Shown here: positions 22,390-31,523 of the stretch, in pieces
How the letters are laid out: every line of letters begins with the position of its first letter
How positions within the stretch are numbered: the stretch's first letter is position 1
DNA from: Candidatus Saccharimonadota bacterium
GTDB lineage: Bacteria > Patescibacteriota > Gracilibacteria > BD1-5 > UBA2023
Direction of reading: 5' to 3'
DNA length: 32,000 nt
NCBI GenBank assembly: GCA_042852035.1
Contig: BAAFHK010000002.1
Coordinates: 150,001 to 182,000, forward strand
Position numbers and translations under genes: made by a program
The notes under the pieces: model-generated
The model's input: only the letters and a program-made list of their open reading frames with translations
Told to the model about the DNA's origin: nothing
Database searches by the model: none

Positions 22390-23670
22390 ATGTTAGGAAT
22401 CTTTCTAGGATACTATCTTTTGTTTCATTATTCGGCCAAGGTTATTTCACAAATACCTGTGGTTTCAGTGAATTATGTTGATACAGGATATAATCCTGAC
22501 TATATCGAGGTACCAAAAGGAACATTAGTCCTGTTTTTGAATCATTCGTCATATCCTATGTGGACCGCTTCAGATCCACACCCTGTACATACTGATTATT
22601 CAGTTTTTGATGCAAAAAAATCATACGGAACTGGAGAAATATTCCCATTCTTTTTTAAAGAGACGGGTACGTATGCTTGGCATAACCATGAGAAATCTGA
22701 TCATAGAGGGATTGTACGAGTTTATGATCCTAAAAATCCACTTCTATCCATAGATAAGACAAAAAAGGAACTGAGAGAAACTCGGGATAAATTTCTCGCT
22801 ATGCTTGATCCTCGAGATGATACCACAGTTGGGCATATGATAGATACGCTTGAGGCAGATACTAAACTTTCACGTAACTGCCACGATATGGCTCATGACC
22901 TTGGACATCGTGCCTATGAGTACTATGGATTTTCTCGGGCCATGACTTTTGGTACTGGAGTTGAGAATACTTCCGTCGATGATATATGTGCGGGCGGGTA
23001 TATGCATGGCATACTAGAAGAGTTGTTTCTTCATCATAAAGAACTCCAAAAAACCCCAGAAAAGGTATGTGCATCGGTGAATGAATTACATAAATGAAGT
23101 TGCTATCATGGTGTGGGACATGGCGTTATGTTTGCAATGAAACGAAATATATCTAATTCTCTTGCGTCCTGTCGCACTATTTCAAATCAGACATATGTAT
23201 ATAGATGTTTTGAATGAGTATGGATGGAGATGTTTTGGTGAGATACGGGTCATGCGGGAGCTGATTCACTTGGTTGGAATCAAGATAGACCTTTCGATCG
23301 TTGTATAAAAGCTGAGCAAGATGAAAAACCAACCTGTTTTCTTTATGCACATTTAGGATACTTACGATATCATTCTGGAGATTTTACGGGTGTGATACGA
23401 TTTTGTACAGCATCGAATCTTACCGATTCTGATAAGCAGTTTTGTTTGAAATGAGTTGGAATTACTATGATGAAGCATTTTACGAGCCATCATCTTGATA
23501 AGACAGAATGACTTGTAAAGAATCTTTCCTATAATCAGAAATTTTCATATTATCAGTGAGTTCTCTGATACTCTATATTATCTAATGTTCCACGAGCTTC
23601 ATTGGCAGGTTTTTGTGAGAAGCTTCTCAATGATACAAATATCTGTAAAGAGGCGCTCAAAACACAGTAA
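22390..23670 (+). CDS. Membrane-anchored protein: cupredoxin-like N-domain (no Cys ligand) plus Cys/His-repeat C-domain
   Basis: 426 aa. N-terminal TM. EVPKGTLVLFLNHS...GTYAWHNHEKSDHRGIVRV resembles a plastocyanin-type C-terminus with Trp where Cys is expected. Then repeated C-x2-3-[GA]-x2-H-G-like motifs. Confidence 0.6.
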
Positions 23671-23679
23671 ATATACTCT

Positions 23680-23937
23680 ATGCAATATCCAAGATTACAT
23701 TCTCGCTGGCGCCACTATAAATCTCAATGATGAGACGATCATACGTACGAGGTTCTTGGGGTATTTATCCACTCAGAATCGCATGAACCGATGGTGGTCT
23801 ATCGCCCACTCTATATGGTTCCAGAAGATTCTTGGGTCTACGGATTTCCAGGGGCAGTTCGACCACTTTCGATTTGGTATGATGAAGTCGAATATAAAGG
23901 GGAACATGTCCAGAGATTTGCAGAAATTATTTCATAA
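23680..23937 (+). CDS. DUF1653-like small protein
   Basis: 85 aa. RWRHYKSQGGDDHTYEVLGVFIHSESHEPMVVYRPLY...VRPLSIWYDEVEYKGEHVQRFAEI matches the YRHYKG...Y.V...HSE...VVY..LY...RP...F...V..RF pattern. It lies in a different frame from track ORF 23585..23959. Confidence 0.7.
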
Positions 23938-23959
23938 ATTATTTACATATGTGACTTGA

Positions 23960-24205
23960 ATGACTTGCACGATTAAAATCTGAAATTGATGCAAATGGTC
24001 TCAGAATTCATGGACCGTCGCATATCTTTATTTGAGATGAAGTGACCCCAGTCTGAAATATTACAAAAAGATGAAAAATCGTTATCCCTTTATGAACGGT
24101 TCTAAAAGTAGAAAATATACTTGTAAGAAGTCAGGATGGTGCGGGGCTTTGATTTGAAAAAAGAATCACCTTTGATTGATTAGAGGGTGAATTCTCTCCG
24201 AATAA
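23960..24205 (+). CDS. Tentative small basic Cys-containing ORF (81 aa), very uncertain
   Basis: Open only with TGA=Gly, with 6 TGA in 81 codons. CTIKIGNGC and CKKSGWC pairs. No recognisable family. A competing 38-aa ORF sits in another frame. Confidence 0.25.
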
Positions 24206-24223
24206 GTTTAAAAAACATAAATA

Positions 24224-24850
24224 ATGAAATACGTATCATACATCCCTGAAAAAATTACTTCTGATATGAAATGTATCATTATGCTCCATGGAGTATGATC
24301 AAATGAAGGGGATTTATTTTCACTTTCAGATTATTTTTGAAAAGATGTATATGTTTTTTCATTACGATGACCTTTTGTTCTTAGAATCGGGAGCTATGCA
24401 TGGTATCCTGTAGATTTTTCTAGTGGAAAGGCTATTTATAAAAGTGAAGATGTAGAAAGCTGATATAATGAAATAGCGTCTTTTATAAGCGAAATTGTCG
24501 AGAAGTATAACATCCCACCTGAAAAAATCTATCTTATGGGATTCAGTCAATGAGCTATCATGAGCTATTATACTCTCTGGAAGTCTCCAGAGACCATATG
24601 AGGGATTATAGCTCTTTCTTGAAGAATTATCAGAGAAATCCATTTCGCATCACTCGATAGCCAAAAATATAAGAATAAGAAAATATTTGTTGGACATGGT
24701 ATGATGGATCAAGTGATCCCATTTCTAGAAATAGAGGGGGTAAAAAAATACCTTTCCCAATTAGGAAGTGCCTCACAAATTCATAAATATCCAATCTGAC
24801 ATACTATCAGTACTGACGAACTTCAAGATATAAAGATTTTTCTGAAATAA
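24224..24850 (+). CDS. Phospholipase/carboxylesterase-family alpha/beta hydrolase
   Basis: 208 aa. IIMLHGVGSNEGDL, nucleophile elbow LMGFSQGA, VGHGMMDQVIP, PIGHTIS. Confidence 0.8.
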
Positions 24851-24879
24851 ATTTGCCAAATAATTATATCTATTTATAT

Positions 24880-24885
24880 TATAAT
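24880..24885 (+). promoter_or_regulatory. TATAAT box 8 nt upstream of pyk ATG (leaderless-type spacing)
   Basis: Exact TATAAT at 24880-24885, ATG at 24894. Confidence 0.4.
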
Positions 24886-24893
24886 TCATTCGT

Positions 24894-26330
24894 ATGAAAA
24901 AACGCACAAAAATAATTGCAACTGTTTGACCAGCTACAGCATCAAGTGAGATGCTTCTGGCTCTTTCTCGGGCAGGAGTGAATATTATTCGATTTAATTT
25001 TTCTCATGCGGATTATGATTCCGCTACATTGATAATCGATCGCATCCGAGACCTTAATAAAAGTGGGAAAACTTCCCTCGCTCTTCTTCTTGATACAAAA
25101 TGACCAGAGCTTCGAACCGGCGATTTGAAGGAGAAAATCCAATATCAAATAGGAGAAAGATTTCGTATTTACACTCAGGGGTCCAATTCGATATCCTGAG
25201 AAAAATCCATTACTTGCGACTATCCTTATTTAATTGAGGATATTTCTATTTGAGATGCTATTGAAATTGATAGTGGTCTTTTTCATGCAGTTGTCATAGC
25301 GAAGGGTTCTGATTTTCTTGATGTTGAAGCAAAAAATGATGCCATTATATGATCACGGAGACATGTGAATCTTCCGGGGATTAAAATCCGTATGCCAGGA
25401 ATAACAGAGAAGGATAAACAAGATCTCCTTTTTGCCATAAAAATGGGTTTTCACTTCATAGCAGCTTCATTTATAAGAACGGAGCAAAATGTGAGAGAAA
25501 TCAGGGAGTTTCTTGATGAAAACTCTGGAGATGAAATTAAAATTATTTCAAAGATTGAAAATGAAGAGGGTATAGAAAATCTTGACTCGATAGTTGGGAT
25601 ATCTGATGGTGTTATGGTTGCTCGTGGGGATCTCTGAATCGAGGTGCCAATAGAGAAAGTCCCAAAATATCAGAAACGAATTATCGATCTTTGTCGTCAA
25701 AGAGGGAAATTTGTAATCGTAGCTACCCATATGCTAGAGAGCATGATAGAACATCCGTTTCCCACGAGAGCGGAAGTTTCTGATATATTTCGGGCTGTAC
25801 TTCAGTGAGCTGATGCTACGATGCTTTCCTGAGAGACAACGACAGGAAAGTATCCCATTGAATCCGTTGATATGATGCGAAGTGTTATCCTCGAAGCAGA
25901 GTGAGAACTCGAACATAAGCACCATGAGTATGTGAGTGATTGACTTACAGAAAGGGATATCGAAAAAAAATACCTTATACGAAGCGCCTTACATATTGCT
26001 GAGGAGCTTCATCTTAAAACAGTCCTAGTATTTACAAAATCTTGACGACTTGCTCGTCTTGCCGCGGCGTATAGGCCTAATATATCCATAGAAGCTTTTT
26101 CTGGAAATCCTTCATCAGTTGGCTATATGCAGGTTCTTTATGGGGTGACGCCACATATACTTCCTCATTGGTGAGACCACCAGAAAAATCTAGAAGATGC
26201 CCTAAAGCTTCTTCTAGATGCAGGTACTATAAATCTTGATTCAAAGATTATAGCAGTTACTGATGTTGTGAAAAATTCAAAAGAAATTCCTGTAATGGAG
26301 ATTATTCGTGTCGGTGATATATTTCACTAA
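24894..26330 (+). CDS. pyk: Pyruvate kinase
   Basis: 478 aa. [89 protein letters not shown]. Several motif Gly residues are TGA. Confidence 0.95.
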
Positions 26331-26340
26331 TCATATTTTT

Positions 26341-27669
26341 ATGATGGAGTATTCTTATGGCATAACTGTAATTTCCATCATAATCTCCCTTCTCGTTATA
26401 ACAGTATTTACCTCATTGCACTACCGAAAAGTGCTCAAGAAGAATGCTTATATTGATAATCTCGAACGAGAACTCCATATCCTTGAGAAGTCTATTTCTG
26501 AAACGGTTGATCTTATTACTCTCAGGCCACTTTTAAAAAAAGAACTCACAAAGATTTTTCAAACAAAGGTAGCATCTTTAGAGATGTATCAAGAATGAGA
26601 GAATCCATGATTTTTTGAGGTTATTCGAGAGTATTTTCGAGAATATCCTTCTGATCGTGCCTTTGCAAACAATGAGAATTTTATTGCTAATCTCGATGAT
26701 GAGTTACTCAGGAAAAAACTCCAAGGTATTATCCCCCCGGAGATTGCTTTTATTTTTCCTATATTCAGTACCCAAGGCTTTCATATCGGAAATCTTCTTC
26801 TATGAATAAAACGTTCATGAATGACTTATATAAAGGATGAGGTAGAGTTTCTCAAAGAATTCTCATTTTTTATAGAAATACATCTAAAGTATATACGAAC
26901 TTATACGCTTATGCATGAGTTTTCGGCCTTACTTGATGAAAAAGTGGATACAAAAACAATCGCCTATAATAACCTCATAAATCGACAGAAAGAGTTTATT
27001 AAGGTTATATCACATGAAGTGCGTTCACCTTTAACTTCTGCAATATTTCAGGTAGAGTCAGCCATAGAGAGCCTTGAAGGTGAGAGTTTTCAAAAAAATT
27101 CAATCCTTGTAGAGCTCCAAGAACTTCGTGCTCAACTTGTTCGGACCGGGTGACTTATCTCAAAGCTTTTTTCGGTGGAGTACTATGATAATGATAATGT
27201 GAGTCTTTTTCGGGAGGCTATACATTTACCTAAGTTTCTTGAATATGAGATTGAGCTTTTTTCACGTACACACCAAGATATTGCGTTCATTTCACAGATT
27301 GATATAAATGTAGGTTTTGTTCCAATTGATAAAGTACAATTTCAGCAAGTCCTCACCAATCTTGTTGATAATGCAATAAAGTTTACCTCAACAACAAATC
27401 CAATAGTGTATCTGTCGGCAAATAAATTAGACAATAGACTCATTATTACCGTTGAAGATAACGGAAAAGGCTTTTCAAAGAATTCTATGAAATATATATT
27501 TGATAAGTATAATACAGGAATAAATAAGAATATATGACTTGGTCTCTGACTCTACTTGTGTCGTAAGATAGTTACGATGCATAATGGGACTATTAATGCC
27601 TCGAATTCTAATAAATATTGATGAGCTTGTTTTACAATAAGCATCCCAATTTCTCATCAATTTTCCTAG
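26341..27669 (+). CDS. Sensor histidine kinase (single N-terminal TM, cytoplasmic input region)
   Basis: 442 aa. TM ITVISIIISLLVITVFTSL. H-box ISHEVRSPLTS, N-box LVDNAIKF, G1 VEDNGKGF, G2 GLGLGLYLCRKIV (two Gly from TGA). ATG 26341 preferred over GTG 26308, which overlaps pyk. Confidence 0.9.
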
Positions 27670-27670
27670 T

Positions 27671-28336
27671 TTATTCGAGAATATATCATTCATTGTAGAG
27701 GGTTTTTAGAGTAAAAGGACTTCCTATCTTTCTCCTCATCTTTGATAGGGTTGCATTAATCGTATTGTCAGATACATCAGTTGATTCACGCGATCACCAT
27801 ACCGCACTTATTAGGGATTCACGATTTATAAGTCTTCATTGTTCTCGTAAAAATAACTCGAGAATTAACGATTCTTTGTGAGTAAGGTAAATTCGATTCT
27901 CTCATACATGCGTCTCCTTTTTGTCTACATTGTATTCGATATTTTTATAACGAAGTGATGCTCAAGTAAAGAGATTGAGAGGTCTTCTCATAAGTGCCCT
28001 TACTCGAGCAATCATAATTTCAGGGACGAGCGGCTTCACCATATAGTCGTCACATCCGAGGTTAAGACCATAAGTTATCCTCTCGGCATCGCCATATCAT
28101 GAGATAATGAGAATAGGAACTTTCGATTCAATGCTCTTCCTGAGCCATTCTACAATAGCAAATCCCGAACCATCAGAAAGAGATATATCTATTATGTAGA
28201 GGTGTGACTCAGTATCTGGGTGAGTCATGAATTCTTTATATCCATGATATACATTTACGACGAAGCCAGCACTTTGGAGTTTTTTCTCCATTTTAGCTGT
28301 AAGTATTTTTTCATCATCAATGAGTGTAATACGCAT
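27671..28336 (-). CDS. OmpR-family response regulator (receiver plus winged-helix)
   Basis: 221 aa. MRITLIDDE...LYIIDISLSDGSG...PILIISGYGD...GCDDYMVKP. C-terminus LRYKNIEYNVD...LTHKESLILELF...TINATLSKMRRKIG. Stop TAA (complement of 27671-27673) lies 1 nt from the kinase stop. Confidence 0.9.
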
Positions 28337-28528
28337 AGATTGAATGTGAGAATACCCCAAATATAAAATTAAATCTTAATTCAATATTAATTTTTTTATT
28401 GTATTATTATTAAATATAAAACTATTTTGATATAAAGCAAAAATATTTCATATAGCATATCCGTGAATATTATATGGTAAGATCAATTCTCTCTGTTCGA
28501 AAAAACTTCCAAAAGAGTATTTTTTTTA

Positions 28529-28534
28529 TATAAT
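28529..28534 (+). promoter_or_regulatory. TATAAT box 7 nt upstream of Nudix ATG (leaderless-type spacing)
   Basis: Exact TATAAT at 28529-28534, ATG at 28542, within a very AT-rich 205-nt divergent intergenic region. Confidence 0.4.
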
Positions 28535-28541
28535 TAGATTC

Positions 28542-29000
28542 ATGTCTCATATACTTGATACTGAAGAAAATTTTTATGTAGCAACTAAACTCTGTCTTTT
28601 TCATAAAGGTAAAGTACTGACTCTTTTTGAAAAATATCCAGGACTTCCATTATGGCGAGATCTTCCTGGGGGAAAAATATCAAAAGCTGACAAAGATCAT
28701 GACATTTTCTTTACTCTGAGTCGAGAAATTCAGGAAGAACTTTGATTAGAAATAAAATTTGACGAAAAAAATACAGAACTTTTCCTCGTTGATAAAAAAT
28801 ATGAACATACTACAAAGGGCGAGGTAAGACCGTTTATCTTTCTTTGTTATAGATATGAAATCGATATTGATCCGAAAATTATCCTTACTGAGCATAGCTC
28901 TTCTGAATGGATTACAGAAGATGAAATTGGTACCTTATCCGATTGGAGACCTGGATTTGATTTTATAGTCAAAAAAGCATTTACTCATTATTTTTCATAA
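28542..29000 (+). CDS. Nudix hydrolase
   Basis: 152 aa. Nudix box GGKISKADKDHDIFFTLSREIQEELGL (final Gly from TGA 28743-28745). Confidence 0.85.
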
Positions 29001-29009
29001 TTATCTTCT

Positions 29010-30881
29010 ATGAATTTCTCAACGAATTGGAATCTTTCTCGATACTTTTATAGTGGTCTTGATGATGCAAAGCTTCTTTCAGATATTGCTTCTATAGTAC
29101 CAATGGCGAAAGCATTTGCAGATGTATACAGGGAAAAGTTTGGAAAATTTACAGTACCAACTGAAATTCTTGAATTCTATACTGATTATACAAAGCTTTC
29201 CTATGATATAGCAAAGCCGAGTTACTATCTTTTTTATCGTTCATCACTTGATACCCAAGATCTTGATGTTACAAAGAAGATGTGAGAAGTAGACTATTTC
29301 TATACAGAGGCTTCAAACATACTTCTTTTTGTCTCTCAAGGTTGGAAGGAGATTGGCTATGATCGTATAATGGAGTGGTCTCGAGATCCAATACTCGAGA
29401 AATACAAAAACGATCTTTTATCTACAGCAGATGGCATTAAGTATATTCTCGGGGAAAGAGAAGAGTATGTTCTCAATCTCAAATCAAGACCTCTTGGTCT
29501 TGCAAATTCTCTTCATGATGAACTTACAGGATCATATGAGTTTACTATGAATATTCACTGAGAAGAGAAGGTTCTCACGGAGGAAGAGGTACGAACATAT
29601 CGACAGCATACAGATAGGAATATACGAAGAGAGGCGTATAGTTCACTTCGACGAGTTTATAATTCGAAACAAAACCAAATTGCACTTGGGAATATATATT
29701 CCTCTATCGTGAAGGATTGGAGTACAGAAATCCAGATGCGAGGATATCCAAAGAATGTCATGGCTCAAAGAAATCTTTCAGAACAGATGGATGATGAAGT
29801 TGTCGATATGCTACTTTCGGAAGTTGAACATGCATACCCGATATATGCGCGCTATCTTCGAGCAAAAGCAAAAATGCTTTGACTTCGCTATCCTGAGTGA
29901 AACGAAGACCCAAAGAAATGACAGGATCAACTAGATTCTTCCGTTCTGGTTCAGGATGAACAAGTAAATGGAAATCAACCTTTCAGTATCTGGGATACCT
30001 GAGCCCCTATAGGTCATTCTGATAAGGACTTTACCTTTGAAGAAGCTTATAATCTCCATCTTTCTGTGATGAAGGATTTCGATAAGGATTTCCATGATTA
30101 TTCGATAAGAATGATCGAAGAAGAGCGTATTGATGCCTTCCCAAGAAAAGGGAAACGAGGAGGAGCCTTTGCAAGTTATAGAAAAGGGGATGAGAGTTTT
30201 GTTCTTCTGAATTTTACGGGAAAACTTCGTGATGTCTCGACTATTTCACATGAGCTTGGTCACGCTATCCATGGACACCTCTCTCAAGTACAAGAAGCTC
30301 CTGTATACGATTCACCACTTTCGATGGCAGAGACTGCCTCTATATTTTCTGAGATGCTTCTTGGTGAGAAGGTAAAATCTCTGGTATCTGCTGAAGAATA
30401 TAAAGATTATCTCAATGAACGACTTTCTGATATTTTTGCGACCATTTTTCGACAGGTTCAGTATGTCATATTTGAGAGGAAGGTCCATGAGATTATCCAT
30501 TCTGGACAAGAAGTAACCTATAAAGAACTTAATAGCATGTGGAGAGTTGAGCAAGAGAAGCTCTATGGATGAGTAGTGAAATATGATGTTCCAGGAGAAG
30601 AAGAAAGTGGTTGGTCGATGATTCCACATATCTTCCATACACCATTTTACTGTTATGCGTATGCCTTCGGAAATCTTCTCACCTTTGCGCTCTATCATAA
30701 GGTGCATGTGGAGAAATCCCTCTCTGTAGAGGATTACAAGGATATTCTTCGTTCCTGAGGCAGTGAACGTCCACGAGATCTTCTAAATAAATACGGTATC
30801 GATATTGCTTCCCCAGAGTTTTATCGTGCAGGTCTTGCAGAGGTGGAGCATATGGTAGAGGAGTTTGAGAAACTTATATAA
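29010..30881 (+). CDS. pepF: Oligoendopeptidase F (M3B family zinc metallopeptidase)
   Basis: 623 aa. GGAFASY, zinc motif [31 protein letters not shown]. Confidence 0.9.
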
Positions 30882-30882
30882 T
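30877..30882 (+). promoter_or_regulatory. TATAAT box 8 nt upstream of ATG 30891 (leaderless-type spacing), overlapping the pepF stop
   Basis: TATAAT at 30877-30882. A second TATAAT at 30884-30889 is too close to the ATG to serve it. Confidence 0.3.
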
Positions 30883-30890
30883 TTATAATC

Positions 30891-31523
30891 ATGCCTCTCA
30901 TCCAATCTCCTCTTGCATTCACACTTCCTTGGTATGATGCTGGAATCCCTAAAGGATACTGGCAGGAAAGGGTGGTACCAGGAGGGAAAGTTCTCATGAC
31001 GCTTAACCCAAAAATACCAGGAAAACCTGTCGATAGTGAGTATCTTGGGCTTATAGCATACTCTCCGAACCCTGGTTCGGTCCGATTTACTTGAGATGAA
31101 TTTTTTCCACAATTCTCCGAAGCAGGGTATATTTGACAGTGTGTTGCATTTGCAAAGGCGGTATCTGATCAAAGAAATACCCCCACAAAAGATTGGAAGC
31201 CAGGCATTTCGCTTATCGATTTTGTGAATACTCCTGATGCGAAAAATCTATGAAAATACCAAGGAATGATGATTGCCTGTTTCGATGGAAAATCCGATTA
31301 TTCTCTTGCTTTAGCAAACCGCAAACATGTAGCTATACTTCTCAAGATAAACTTTACATCGACGGGAAAGCCTGAAAGTATTGTTGTCGTTGATCAAAAT
31401 TATTATAACTATGCTCCGTATGATTTTTATGCTTGAAAGATAGTGAAGCATACTATTGTGTGGGGTGCCCCCCTACAAAAAGGGGTAGGGTATGCTAGAA
31501 ATTATCATATTGTGAGTATATAA
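30891..31523 (+). CDS. Papain-fold CHAP/NlpC-P60-like amidase candidate (BPSL0067-like)
   Basis: 210 aa. GYIGQCVAFAKAV (Cys codon 31140-31142), later KHVAILL and VVVDQN, in the Cys...His...polar order of this fold. Confidence 0.55.

Noticed and set aside
23765-23773. DnaA-box-like TTATCCACT (8 of 9 match to TTATCCACA)
   Set aside because: It is a single copy inside a CDS, with no cluster of boxes or adjacent AT-rich unwinding element.
23585-23959. 124-aa + strand ORF from the track
   Set aside because: Its 5' part overlaps the end of the 22390..23670 gene out of frame. The conserved DUF1653-like sequence lies in a different frame (23680..23937).
23690-24223. Locally GC-richer patches examined for tmRNA, RNase P RNA, SRP RNA or a tRNA (a suppressor-type tRNA-Gly-UCA would be expected somewhere in such a genome)
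   Set aside because: I found no T-arm (GTTCRANNC with a paired stem), no acceptor/ACCA context, and no GGAAAGTCC or GGAAGCAGCC-type conserved blocks on either strand. Most of the GC-rich part is explained by the DUF1653-like CDS.
26308-26340. GTG start at 26308 for the histidine kinase, as in the ORF track
   Set aside because: It would overlap the last 23 nt of pyk. The tandem ATG at 26341 directly precedes the TM helix and is the simpler start. This remains unproven.
28337-28541. Extremely AT-rich 205-nt region, considered as a CRISPR leader, replication origin or mobile-element end
   Set aside because: No repeats, spacers, DnaA boxes or terminal inverted repeats were seen. It sits between divergently transcribed genes and is best explained as a shared promoter region.
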